Assembly: GCA_040771865.1 (NCBI GenBank)
Contig: JAXGZF010000004.1
Span: forward strand, 62,001-126,000
Length of the DNA: 64,000 nucleotides
DNA from: Desulfobacterales bacterium
Lineage (GTDB): Bacteria > Desulfobacterota > Desulfobacteria > Desulfobacterales > UBA2245
Reading direction: 5' to 3'
Shown: piece after piece, positions 27,541 through 37,342 of the stretch
Numbering within the stretch: the stretch's first letter is position 1
How the letters are laid out: each line of letters begins with the position of its first letter
The notes under the pieces: model-generated
What the model saw: only the letters and a program-made list of their open reading frames with translations
Told to the model about the DNA's origin: nothing
The model's database searches: none
Made by a program: the position numbers and the translations under genes

Positions 27541-28820
27541 CCGGAAAAGCCGTCTGCTCTGGTTCTGTGACTCCGGGGAAAAAGCCCGGCATTCTTGGAA
27601 TGATATTCAGCACGCGCATGCTGGTGGCCTTTGTCATGGGCTATGCCTCCGGTCTGCCGTTGCTGCTGACGCTAAGCGTTCTTCAGGCCTGGATGAAGGA
27701 TGAGGGGGTGGATCTGGCCGTCATCGGCATGATGGCGCTGGTCGGCCTGCCCTATACTCTGAAATTTGTCTGGGCTCCGCTCATGGACCGGTTCACGCCC
27801 TTTCGAATGGGCCGAAGGCGCGGATGGCTAATGATCATGCAGGTCTGCCTGATGGGCGCCATCGTCGGTCTGGGCTTCAGTGATCCGGTTGGCAATCCAT
27901 GGGGCATTGCCCTGGCCGCTTTTGCCGTGACCTTTTTCAGCGCTTCCCAGGATATCGTGATCGACGCCTATCGAAGAGAGGATCTCTCCGACGCGGAACT
28001 CGGGCTGGGTGCGTCATTTTATATCAACGGCTATCGAATCGGAATGCTTCTGGCTTCGGGAGGCGGGCTGATCATGGCCGACCATATCAGCTTTCGGGCC
28101 GTCTATCTGATTATGGCCGCCTGCCTGCTGCCCGGAGTTCTGACGACACTGCTGGCACAGGAGCCCGCGGCTTCTGAAGGGATTCCAAAGACCCTTAGAG
28201 AGGCGGTCATTGATCCGCTGACGGAATATTTCCGGCGGAAGGAGGCCCTGTGGATTCTGGCCTTTATTCTGCTGTACAAGATCGGAGATACCATGGCCAG
28301 CGCCATGACCACCCCCTTCTACCTGGACATCGGCTTTACCAAGACCCAGATCGGCGCCGTGGTCAAACTGTTCGGATTCTGGGCCACGGTGTTCGGCAGC
28401 CTGCTGGGAGGTATTTTCATGCTGCGGCTGGGGATCGTTCGAAGCCTGTGGGTGTTCGGAATTTTTCAGGCTGTCTCAACGGCCGGATTCGCCGTTCTGG
28501 CTCGGATCGGAAACAGTGTCCCGGCTCTTTCCGGAGTCATCGCTTTTGAAAACCTGAGCAGCGGCATGGGAACGGCAGCCTATGCGGCGTTCATGGCCAG
28601 CATCACCAACAAGAAATTTACCGCAACCCAGTACGCGCTTCTCAGCAGCCTGATGGGCGTGCCGCGGGTGCTGGCGTCGGCCCCGACCGGATTTCTGGCC
28701 AAACACATGGGCTGGGTGCATTTTTTTATCGCCTGTACCCTGATTGCAATTCCCGGAATGCTGCTGCTGTTGAAATCCGCCTCCTGGAGCGCGGGCAGGC
28801 AGGAGGCTCAATCCGCATGA
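27525..28820 (+). CDS. ampG: AmpG-family muropeptide MFS permease
   Basis: GYASGLP, KFVWAPLMD, GRRRGW, SASQDIVIDAYR, ATQYALLSSL; the true start may be downstream (e.g. 27600). Confidence 0.9.
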   Translation: MPRQIAGKAVCSGSVTPGKKPGILGMIFSTRMLVAFVMGYASGLPLLLTLSVLQAWMKDEGVDLAVIGMMALVGLPYTLKFVWAPLMDRFTPFRMGRRRGWLMIMQVCLMGAIVGLGFSDPVGNPWGIALAAFAVTFFSASQDIVIDAYRREDLSDAELGLGASFYINGYRIGMLLASGGGLIMADHISFRAVYLIMAACLLPGVLTTLLAQEPAASEGIPKTLREAVIDPLTEYFRRKEALWILAFILLYKIGDTMASAMTTPFYLDIGFTKTQIGAVVKLFGFWATVFGSLLGGIFMLRLGIVRSLWVFGIFQAVSTAGFAVLARIGNSVPALSGVIAFENLSSGMGTAAYAAFMASITNKKFTATQYALLSSLMGVPRVLASAPTGFLAKHMGWVHFFIACTLIAIPGMLLLLKSASWSAGRQEAQSA

Positions 28821-30538
28821 ATTCAGAGCTGAAAGATCACAATACTTTCGATAACCGCCTTCGGAAGCTATTTGAACAGCGAAAAGCCATTCTGATACTT
28901 CCGCCGCAGGACGCGCTGGACCGGATTCTGAGCTTTCCCCAGCCGACGGCTCTGGTGCATTCGTTTCCCGAGGAAGACCTTCATATGCTCATTCGGGATA
29001 TTGGACCCGACGACTGCCTTCCCATCCTGTCTCTGGCCTCCGCCAGGCAATGGCAGTATATTCTCGATGTGGAAGGATGGTGCAAGGACCGTCCGGATAT
29101 AAAAGGAATGACCGAATGGATGCACCGCTTTCTGGAAGCCAACCCGGATGGATTTGTCCGGTGGTTTCTGACCGACGCTGTCGAGACGGTCGAATGGTAT
29201 CTGCATCAAAGCATTTCGGTGATAATTCGGGAGCATGACGAGGATTTTTCGGATTTGGGGAAAGATTTTTTTACCAAGGACGATGTGTTTTATATCCACA
29301 TTCATGAGGATGAGACTGCGGATATTCCCGAATCGCCTCGACGTGAATTTGTCGAAAAATTTCTCAATCTTCTGGCCGATTTCGATTATGAGTCTTTCCA
29401 GAAAGTCTTACTTGAGACCATGGCCCTCATTCCTGCGGAAACCGAGGAGGAAAACTATCGATTGCGAAACGTTCGGCTGGCCGAAAAAGGGCTGCTCCCT
29501 TACGAGGAAGCGGTTGGTGTATACCAGCCGCTGAAGGCAGAGGCTTTTTTTGCCCAACCGCCGAAATATATTCCAAAGACTCCGGATCCGGAAACGCTCT
29601 GGATGGCGCCCATGATTCACGGGCAGGAAATTTTGAACGACAGTCTGTTCGGCCGTGCTCTGGCGCAGGTGTCTTCGAACGCCCTCTTCCCGCTTCAGAC
29701 CGAATTTGCAGGACTGTGCAACCAGGTGATCGTGGCCGACCGGATCCAGATTTCAGGCCGAAATGACCTGTCTCGAGTGGTTAAAAAGGTTTCCGGTTAT
29801 CTGAGCATCGGTCTGGAACGATTGACGTTTGAAACCTCCGGTGCCGATCTTGCCAGGTGTGCCTCCATGATCGAGCGTTATGCGTTGGCGGCGGTCTTTC
29901 GCGTCGGTTTCGGAATGGTTCTTGAGCTGAAGTGGCGGGCGGAGTCCTGGCGAAAGGGCAGCTGGATGCACAGGTCGGGGTTGGGAATGGCTTTCTGGGA
30001 TGAAAAATGGCTCGGGGTTCTGGGAGGTCTCCTGCTTCAACGGCCCCAGTTTTTTAACGATTTTGCAGCCAGTCAATTATACCGGGAATTTTCAACGCTT
30101 GCGGACCTGAATCAAACCGAAGCGGTCTTGATTCAGGTGATTGAGATCGATGCCCTGCTGGATAAAATGGGGATCGAGGCGGATGCTCTGGCCCGGTTTG
30201 AATTTCTGACTTACAAAAACCTGCTGCTGACCTTGTGGGCGCGGCACTGTCTTGGACTGAAATTCGAGCTCGAACCACTTGCGATCGAAACCTTCAGGCC
30301 GTTTTTTTCCGGACTCTGGCAGGGTAAGACCCCGCCTTGTCAACTCCGGCCCGTAGCAAAATCCTCCTTTTTGAATTGGATTTCACAGTGTGCCGGCATT
30401 TCCGAAGGTCAGTTATCAGTTCACCTTCGAAGCGTTGTGGATGGACTTTTTCATGAGATGGAAACCGAATACGGACGTATTTCGTCGGAAGCGCTGGATC
30501 CGCGTTATGCCGCCCTGTTTCTGCTAATAGCCGATTAG
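28817..30538 (+). CDS. Conserved hypothetical protein (DUF6178-like)
   Basis: 573-aa ORF coupled to ampG (ATGA); EEENYRLRNVRLAEKG...EEA motif; family name from memory only. Confidence 0.6.
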   Translation: MNSELKDHNTFDNRLRKLFEQRKAILILPPQDALDRILSFPQPTALVHSFPEEDLHMLIRDIGPDDCLPILSLASARQWQYILDVEGWCKDRPDIKGMTEWMHRFLEANPDGFVRWFLTDAVETVEWYLHQSISVIIREHDEDFSDLGKDFFTKDDVFYIHIHEDETADIPESPRREFVEKFLNLLADFDYESFQKVLLETMALIPAETEEENYRLRNVRLAEKGLLPYEEAVGVYQPLKAEAFFAQPPKYIPKTPDPETLWMAPMIHGQEILNDSLFGRALAQVSSNALFPLQTEFAGLCNQVIVADRIQISGRNDLSRVVKKVSGYLSIGLERLTFETSGADLARCASMIERYALAAVFRVGFGMVLELKWRAESWRKGSWMHRSGLGMAFWDEKWLGVLGGLLLQRPQFFNDFAASQLYREFSTLADLNQTEAVLIQVIEIDALLDKMGIEADALARFEFLTYKNLLLTLWARHCLGLKFELEPLAIETFRPFFSGLWQGKTPPCQLRPVAKSSFLNWISQCAGISEGQLSVHLRSVVDGLFHEMETEYGRISSEALDPRYAALFLLIAD

Positions 30539-30542
30539 CTTT

Positions 30543-31295
30543 TCAAGGGCCGGCTGTCGCGTCGATTTGCGCCATGATGGCCGATATGATTTCTCCGGCG
30601 TTTCCCTGAATCAGATAATCGCTGACAGAATGAGTTAAGGGAGTTTTCTCCGGATTGATTTCGATGATTTTAGCGCCGGCGTCCCTGGCGATGACCGGCA
30701 TGAAAGCCGCCGGCTGAACCATTGCCGAGGTTCCCACAACCAGCATCAGATCGCACCGGCCTGCAATTCGCCTGGAGCGCTCAAGCAATTCCGGAGGTAT
30801 CATTTCTCCAAAAAATACGCATTCGGGCCTGAGAACGCCTCCGCAGTCGCACCGCGGCGGCAGGGAGTTCAGGACTATGCGTGAGGTTTGAATGCGGGCG
30901 CCGCAATCCAGACATTTCTGCCAGGCAAAATTGCCATGAAACTCAATTACATCGGAACTTCCAGCCATCTGGTGAAGTCCGTCGATGTTCTGAGTGATGA
31001 TGGTTTTGAGAATGCCGCGCTGTTCCATTCGAAACAGGCCGATATGGGCGCTGTTGGGTCTGGCCCGGTCAATGATGGTCTTCATTTCCTTCAGGAAAAT
31101 GGTCCACACTCGGGCCGGATTTTCCATAAACGCCAGAATGTGAGCGCACTCCATGGGGTCGAATTCTTCCCATATTCCCCCTTTTCCTCGAAAGGGAGGG
31201 ATGCCGCTTTCAACCGAAATGCCGGCTCCGGTCAGGGCTACGGCACGTCTGGACGATACAAGGTCTCTGGCGGCTCTTTGGATCAATGTTTCCAA
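30543..31295 (-). CDS. cobB: NAD-dependent sirtuin protein deacylase
   Basis: TGAGISVESGIPPFRG, ITQNIDGLH, HG, CxxC...CxC zinc site, VGTS, INPE. Confidence 0.92.
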   Translation of the reverse strand: METLIQRAARDLVSSRRAVALTGAGISVESGIPPFRGKGGIWEEFDPMECAHILAFMENPARVWTIFLKEMKTIIDRARPNSAHIGLFRMEQRGILKTIITQNIDGLHQMAGSSDVIEFHGNFAWQKCLDCGARIQTSRIVLNSLPPRCDCGGVLRPECVFFGEMIPPELLERSRRIAGRCDLMLVVGTSAMVQPAAFMPVIARDAGAKIIEINPEKTPLTHSVSDYLIQGNAGEIISAIMAQIDATAGP

Positions 31296-31327
31296 AGCAA
31301 AATTCCTTTCGTTTCAGGCTCCTGTCT

Positions 31328-32167
31328 TCAGAGCGCAATCATCTGGTCGCATGCCACGGCAAAGCATTTGATCCCGGCGCCCTCTGCTTTAATCTGAAGT
31401 CGGCAGTCGTGAACCATCTGATCCACGGCAGGATCGGTTCTCTCCTGATTGATGTGAAAAAGTCCCAGTTGACGAACGCCGGCGGCCATTGCCAGTTTCA
31501 GAACATCGGTATAAGACGAATGTCCCCATTGAATGTTGGTTTCATACTCCTTTGGCGTATATTCGGCATCGTGGATCAGCAGGTCCACGCCCTTACAGAA
31601 TTCCAGGTAGTCCGAATAGGCCATCCCTCCGGGATGAACAAAGCCCAGTTCGTTGTCGGTCAGAAAAACAACACTCCTGCCGTCTTCAACAAATTTGTAT
31701 CCGCTGCCCTGGTTGGGGTGGCTGATCGGGATGGGTGTGATGTGAATCGAACCGATATCAAAGCTTTGCGGGCATCCTTTCTGATAATCCATGGTCGCTT
31801 TGAGATTTGAGTACTGAACCGGAAAATTCGGAGGCGCCATTACCCGTGAAAAGATCTGTTCCACGTAATTGTCGGCCAGCGGGCACCGGTGCATCTTAAT
31901 AAGGGATTCCCGTCTGTAAAGGGGCTTGAAAAAAGGGAACCCCATCAGATGGTCCCAGTGGGCATGGGTCAGCAGAAAGTGGTAGTTGAAACGGTTTTCC
32001 TGAATCAACTGATTGCCAAGCCGGCGAATGCCTGTTCCGGCATCCACGATGATGATTTCACCGCTTCTGGCCCGTATCTCCATGCAGGTGGTGTCTCCGC
32101 CGTACTGAATATAGTCGACTCCGGATACCGGAATGGAACCCCTGGAACCCCAGCATTTGATATACAT
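31328..32167 (-). CDS. MBL-fold metallo-hydrolase
   Basis: WGSRGSIP, DAGTG, THAHWDH, TDNE, HDAEY, WGHS. Confidence 0.9.
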   Translation of the reverse strand: MYIKCWGSRGSIPVSGVDYIQYGGDTTCMEIRARSGEIIIVDAGTGIRRLGNQLIQENRFNYHFLLTHAHWDHLMGFPFFKPLYRRESLIKMHRCPLADNYVEQIFSRVMAPPNFPVQYSNLKATMDYQKGCPQSFDIGSIHITPIPISHPNQGSGYKFVEDGRSVVFLTDNELGFVHPGGMAYSDYLEFCKGVDLLIHDAEYTPKEYETNIQWGHSSYTDVLKLAMAAGVRQLGLFHINQERTDPAVDQMVHDCRLQIKAEGAGIKCFAVACDQMIAL

Positions 32168-32408
32168 GGCAGGCCTTTCGTTGAGAGAAAATCAGCGCCG
32201 GTATCGGCGTCCACCCAATTAAACCGCCGGGCATTCGGCAGCCTGTTTGCAGTATTCAGGAGCATGCTTCGGTTGCATCCGGAAAACCGTGGCGCCGGAC
32301 AAGCGATTTCAGCTGTTTTGAAAATCATGGATCAAGTGGAAACAAATCATATTTTGACCGTTATTGTCAATTATCCGCTTTTGGAGGGAAATCGAGCATG
32401 CTGTCATT

Positions 32409-33086
32409 TTATTTTCCGTTTTCCCCCTGGTCGAGATACCACTGAAGGGGATCGATCAATTCAAAGCCCATGGCCTGCAGCCGCTTTTTGACCCGGCTGA
32501 CGTTCAGAGCGAGCAGATAAGGAAATACCGCGCGTTTGTTCCGGTCCCAGTACCTCGCAACCAGAATGCTGCCCAGGGAAATTTGCTCTTCGGAAATCAC
32601 ATCGACAATCTTTTTCAGCTCGCCGATCTTTTCTTCTACGACAATGCCGAGGAGGGTTCCGGGTTCATGAACTCCCATGACCTTGATAAAGGCGCTGAGA
32701 AGATCCCGAACCGAAATGATTCCAATGAGAACTTCGCGTTCATCGACAACCGGGAAAGCCCCGACCCGGGTTTTTTCAATCAGCAGCAGGGCATCCTGAA
32801 TGGTCGAGGTGGGTGCAATCGAGATCACTTCACGGGTCATGATTTCTTCAATTTTGTATTCGCGCAGACGCTGCATTTCCTTTTTCTGTTCCTCGGGAGA
32901 CAGTGTGATGGAAGGGTAGACGCTGCGAAGATCCCGATCCGTGACGATTCCAGCCAGACGGCCGTCTTCCTCCACAACGGGCAGATGCCGAACGCGGTGT
33001 GTTTTCATAATTTTCTGCGCGTCAAAAACAGAGGCTTCTTTGTTGATGGTGATGACTTTCTTGGTCATTGAACGGCTGACGAACAT
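32409..33086 (-). CDS. CBS-pair plus ACT domain protein (AcuB-like)
   Basis: Two CBS domains (RHLPVV...GIVTDRDL; FPVV...GIISVRDL) and a C-terminal ACT-like region; AAAGGA RBS before ATG 33086. Confidence 0.85.
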   Translation of the reverse strand: MFVSRSMTKKVITINKEASVFDAQKIMKTHRVRHLPVVEEDGRLAGIVTDRDLRSVYPSITLSPEEQKKEMQRLREYKIEEIMTREVISIAPTSTIQDALLLIEKTRVGAFPVVDEREVLIGIISVRDLLSAFIKVMGVHEPGTLLGIVVEEKIGELKKIVDVISEEQISLGSILVARYWDRNKRAVFPYLLALNVSRVKKRLQAMGFELIDPLQWYLDQGENGK

Positions 33087-33239
33087 ATTTTTTCCTTTCA
33101 CTATCTCCATGCCCTACTCGGGCCTGGCAAAGGGTCGAATTATGGATACCGCGACAAATCAGCCCTGATTATTCATGTTAACCTTCTGATGATTCAACGG
33201 ATCACGGCAATCATGGATTTTCATTGCTTAGATGCCGCG

Positions 33240-34190
33240 TCAGCAGCCGATTAAAATTTCTACATGGTTCCGGGCCAGTTCCGAAAGCCTATGAATGCAA
33301 TAACCGCCTTCCAGAACGGAAACCAGCCTCCCTGAACTGTGCCGCTGTGCAAGCTCGCAGATGCGACGAATCATCCAGGAGAAACCGTCGGTGGTAACCT
33401 TCATGTCTGACATATCGTCATCCTCATGGGCATCAAAACCGCAGGACACCAGAATGACCTGTGGTTTGAACGAATCAAAGGCCGGGCAGAGATCCTTTTC
33501 AAAATATTTCCGGTAAGCCGCATCGCCTTGGCCCGGAAGAACCGGAGAATTCAGGGTGAATCCCGTTCCGGCGCCAATTCCTTTTTCAAATTCTCTTCCG
33601 GTGCCTGGAAAGGAAAATGTCGGATGCTGGTGTATGGAATAATAGAACACAGTGGGATCTTCTTCAAAAATCCGCTGGGTTCCGTTTCCGTGATGCACGT
33701 CAAAATCGACGATTCCGACACGCTTTATTCCCCAGGTTTTTTGAAGATAGCGCGCGGCTATGGCGACATGGTTGAAAAAGCAAAAACCCATGGCGAAATT
33801 CTGGCCGGCATGATGCCCCGGGGGCCTGACGGCGCAAAACGCATTGTCGATCAAACCTTCCATTACCATCCGGCAGGCATTGACCACGCCGCCGCTGGCC
33901 AGCAGGACCGCATCAAAGGTGTCCGGACACATTCGGTTGTCATGGCTGTCCAGATAAGTTCTTCCCGAGAGGCAAGTTTCTTCAAAATAATAGATATAGT
34001 CAGAATTGTGTACGATTTCCAGCCACTTGAAATCAATTCTCTGTGCTTCCACCGGAATGAGAAACTTGTAAAAATCCGCGGATCGGATGCCGCTGTAAAC
34101 AGCCAGAAGCCTTTCAGGAGATTCAGGATGATCGGGACCCGTATCATGAAGAAGCAATCCCGGATCATACATAAAACCGGTTTTATTCAT
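33240..34190 (-). CDS. Zn-dependent histone-deacetylase-family protein (AcuC/HdaH-like)
   Basis: HPESPERL, RPPGHHA, GFCFFN, DFDVHHGNGT, GFDAH, LEGGY. Confidence 0.95.
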   Translation of the reverse strand: MNKTGFMYDPGLLLHDTGPDHPESPERLLAVYSGIRSADFYKFLIPVEAQRIDFKWLEIVHNSDYIYYFEETCLSGRTYLDSHDNRMCPDTFDAVLLASGGVVNACRMVMEGLIDNAFCAVRPPGHHAGQNFAMGFCFFNHVAIAARYLQKTWGIKRVGIVDFDVHHGNGTQRIFEEDPTVFYYSIHQHPTFSFPGTGREFEKGIGAGTGFTLNSPVLPGQGDAAYRKYFEKDLCPAFDSFKPQVILVSCGFDAHEDDDMSDMKVTTDGFSWMIRRICELAQRHSSGRLVSVLEGGYCIHRLSELARNHVEILIGC

Positions 34191-34318
34191 AGAATGCCTG
34201 TAAACTCAAATACTCCGCTTTCGATGGCCGATAAGTATCTTGGGCGATCCAGCGAGCGGATTTTGCCTTGCATCGGATTCGTATCAGAATGATCCGCCTC
34301 GAATGCGATGATACGCGC

Positions 34319-36745
34319 TCAGGCTTCGGCTTTCCACAGCTCATGAATGGTTTGAATTTCATCGGGCGTGCGCTGAAGAATCCGGGCAATGACGCCGTAC
34401 ATGTCTTGAACCTCGGCCAGTTCATTAAGGTGAAACAGGCTGCTTAATGCAAGCAGGGTGTTTTGTTCATCGCAACACCTGGAAAAGCATTCCAGGGCCT
34501 TGAAGAAGAATGTTCCGGCCTTCGGCCAGAGTTCCTGCTGCTGAGCGGAGAGGGCCATGTTCTGGTAGGTTCCCGCCTGAAGAAACGGATCATCGAGTTC
34601 GATAAAAATATGCAGCGCCCTGTCATAATAAGATTCGGCCTTCCGCCACTGCCGCTGTTCCTGAGCGATCGTACCCAGATGATGACACGCTCTGCCCTGG
34701 GAAACCGGATCGCCGCACTCGACGGAGATATTCAGAACTTTTTGAAAGCAGGTTTCGGCCTTCTGCCATTGCTCCAGCCCCTGAGCGACGCCGCCCAGAT
34801 GGTGATACGCTCCGGCCTGCTCATGGAGATCGTTGAGCTCAATTCCGATTTCAAGCGACTGCCGGTGGAATTTTTCAGCCCGTTCCCAGTTTTTTTGTTC
34901 CTCGGCGCTGACTCCCAGGAGTCGGCACGTTCTTCCCTGGGAGAGCCGGTCATTGCATTCGACAAAGATATCCAGGGTTTTTTGAAGCAGATCGTCCGCC
35001 TGCCGCCACCGGTTCTGCGCCTGGGCGATGGAGGCCATCCGGCGATACGTTTCGGCCAGCTGCCTGCGGTCGTTGAACCGGATACAGACGTCTTCGGCCT
35101 GCCGAAGGTAATTTTCGGATTCCTGCCACGCCCCTAAACGCTGCGCCGTTGCGCCCAGCAGATGATAATGTTCGGTGCTGGACTTGATTTTATGATCCTG
35201 AGGAAGAAATTCAAGATTCATGTGCAAATCCAAGGCCTTCTGGTAGAATTGCCTTGCACCCTCGTAATTTTCAAGGCCCAAATGGTATTGCGCGATACAG
35301 CGCATGACGTTGACAAATTCCGCGCCGATGGGTCCGCTCATGGTTTCCTGGGAATAGGTTTTCAGCTTTTTGAGAATCGGTTCTCCGATCGCGAGGCCTT
35401 TTTTATAATCCCCTGTCTTTTCGATATATCGATGCAGAATGCTGAAAATGGCCATGATGGAGGTTTGGCGGTCAAGGGCCAGATTAAGGGCCGACAGGAT
35501 ATTTTCGTATTCGATCCAGGTCAGCAGAAATCCGATCTTCTGTTTCGCTTCCTCCTCGGAACTGATCAGATCCGCAATCGACCAGCACACGACCCCGTAA
35601 TGGACGACAAACGCCGCCTGAATGGCATCTTGTGTTTCAGGGTCAAGCTGATCCATTATTTTTTTGAGCAAACAGGGCATCGGCGGCAGAAGTTGAAAGA
35701 AATCAGGCACCGTGCCATTCGGCTGAATCAGTTTCCTTCGGAATGCCGATTGTATGAGTTCATTGAATGAATCGAAATTCAGATTCTCGAGGGGTTTTTG
35801 CTTTTTCAGCTGCTGGCCGTACTGGGTCAGAAATTCCGGGTTGATCACGTCGGCAAAAGGCGAAAGGCAGGCCAAAAGCCGACGAGCACTGAGGGGAAGC
35901 GTTCGGTATATAAATTCAATGGCATCAATTAGAGTCCGAGCGGCCGGCGTGTCTGCATCAGCGCCTTTGAGGCCCAGAGCCGTGGTGATTTCAGACGGTG
36001 TTTGACCTGAAAGATCGGGAAGCACGACCTCAAGCGCGAGGGGATTTTTTTTCAGAATCGCGATCAGCTCTCGCGGTTCTTCGTTTTTCAGATTCAGGGT
36101 GCAGCCGTGTTTTTCAAGAATCCGTTCGCAAAGCTGCCGGCTTGCTTCGGCGTCCAGAGGGCCCAGATGAAAAACATGATCCTTGAAGGTGGTCGAAGAG
36201 AGCCATTGGGCCGCATCCCGGGATGAGAGCAGAACACGGGCGGCGCCTTTGAAAAGTTGGGTTAAAAAGGTTTTGATGCGGCGGCGCTCGTTCTTGGAAA
36301 GACCCGGATCTGTGGTCAGCAAACGGTTTGAAATGAATTCCAGATCTTCGAGGATCAGCAGATGCCGATGCTCGCGGAATGTTTCAACGATGGCGGCTGT
36401 TCTGCCTTTTTCCGCGAGTTGACGAAAATGATCCTGCCGGTCTTTTTCGGGAAAAAGCAAATCGCCGATTTCCAGCAGAACCTGTTCAAGCTTCCAGGGC
36501 CTTTCGTGAAAGGAGAAATAAAAAACCTTATCGATTTTACGGTCGGTCTGCCAGGAACGGGCCAGATGGGCAAGAAGGGCGGTTTTGCCGACGCCGCCCG
36601 CAGCCTGAACCAGCAGCATGTTGTATTGCTTGAAAATCTCATTTTCGATTTTCAGAATTTCGGTTTTACGGCCGAAAAAGCCATATTCGGGCTCCGGGAG
36701 CGGGCAGGACCGACTTTTTCCATCTTTCCGGGCGTCTTGATTCAT
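34319..36745 (-). CDS. STAND-type (NB-ARC-like) NTPase with a TPR array and no N-terminal effector
   Basis: FFGR pre-P-loop, Walker A AAGGVGKT, Walker B LLILEDLE, SSR, PLALE; about 7-8 C-terminal ~40-aa TPRs. Confidence 0.85.
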   Translation of the reverse strand: MNQDARKDGKSRSCPLPEPEYGFFGRKTEILKIENEIFKQYNMLLVQAAGGVGKTALLAHLARSWQTDRKIDKVFYFSFHERPWKLEQVLLEIGDLLFPEKDRQDHFRQLAEKGRTAAIVETFREHRHLLILEDLEFISNRLLTTDPGLSKNERRRIKTFLTQLFKGAARVLLSSRDAAQWLSSTTFKDHVFHLGPLDAEASRQLCERILEKHGCTLNLKNEEPRELIAILKKNPLALEVVLPDLSGQTPSEITTALGLKGADADTPAARTLIDAIEFIYRTLPLSARRLLACLSPFADVINPEFLTQYGQQLKKQKPLENLNFDSFNELIQSAFRRKLIQPNGTVPDFFQLLPPMPCLLKKIMDQLDPETQDAIQAAFVVHYGVVCWSIADLISSEEEAKQKIGFLLTWIEYENILSALNLALDRQTSIMAIFSILHRYIEKTGDYKKGLAIGEPILKKLKTYSQETMSGPIGAEFVNVMRCIAQYHLGLENYEGARQFYQKALDLHMNLEFLPQDHKIKSSTEHYHLLGATAQRLGAWQESENYLRQAEDVCIRFNDRRQLAETYRRMASIAQAQNRWRQADDLLQKTLDIFVECNDRLSQGRTCRLLGVSAEEQKNWERAEKFHRQSLEIGIELNDLHEQAGAYHHLGGVAQGLEQWQKAETCFQKVLNISVECGDPVSQGRACHHLGTIAQEQRQWRKAESYYDRALHIFIELDDPFLQAGTYQNMALSAQQQELWPKAGTFFFKALECFSRCCDEQNTLLALSSLFHLNELAEVQDMYGVIARILQRTPDEIQTIHELWKAEA

Positions 36746-37018
36746 ATTCTGAACCTTATTGGTTTGAAACAGTGAGTATTGCTGAAAATTTTAGATACAT
36801 GCTTTTACCGGCAGCCGCAAGAAAATTGTCCCTGAAAATTTATTTCAGGGCAAGCGACTTTCCTGCCCATGGCATCCATCCGGCCAAAAAAGTTGCATTG
36901 CGATTTAATGCATGCTAGATATTGTTCATAACAGCCAGAGGCTTCATCGCTTATCTTTACGATTTTCTGTATTTACAAACCGGAAACCCCCTGACAATTC
37001 CAAGAAAGGAGATCCGCC

Positions 37019-37333
37019 ATGCTGGATATGATGAAAAAGGCCATGATGGCCGGAATTGGTCTGGCTCTGAAAACCAAGGACGAGGTCGAAGAAATCGCAA
37101 AAGAACTGATTCAGAAGGGCAAGATGTCGGAAAAAGACGGGAAAAAGTTTTTAGACGATCTGATGGCGCGTTACGAGAGCGCCAAGTCGAACATGGAAAA
37201 ATGGGTGGAAAACGCCGTTCAGAATCTGACTAAAAAAGGCAAGCTGGCCACCCGGGACGAGATCGAGGGGTTAAAGAAAGAGGTTCAGGATCTCAAGAAT
37301 TCCATGAGCGCCAAAAACGAAGACAAGCCCTGA
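37019..37333 (+). CDS. Phasin-like coiled-coil protein
   Basis: KKAMMAGIGLA...ELIQKGKMSEKDGKK...LATRDEIEGL pattern; AAGGAG RBS. Confidence 0.75.
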   Translation: MLDMMKKAMMAGIGLALKTKDEVEEIAKELIQKGKMSEKDGKKFLDDLMARYESAKSNMEKWVENAVQNLTKKGKLATRDEIEGLKKEVQDLKNSMSAKNEDKP

Positions 37334-37342
37334 ATCCTTCTT

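Noticed and set aside
30543..36745. STAND + MBL + Sir2 as an Avs-type antiphage system
   Set aside because: The sirtuin is a housekeeping CobB type with a zinc ribbon and the GAGISxESGIP motif, not a defence SIR2 NADase. The genes are unfused, are separated by HDAC and CBS genes, and sit among core genes.
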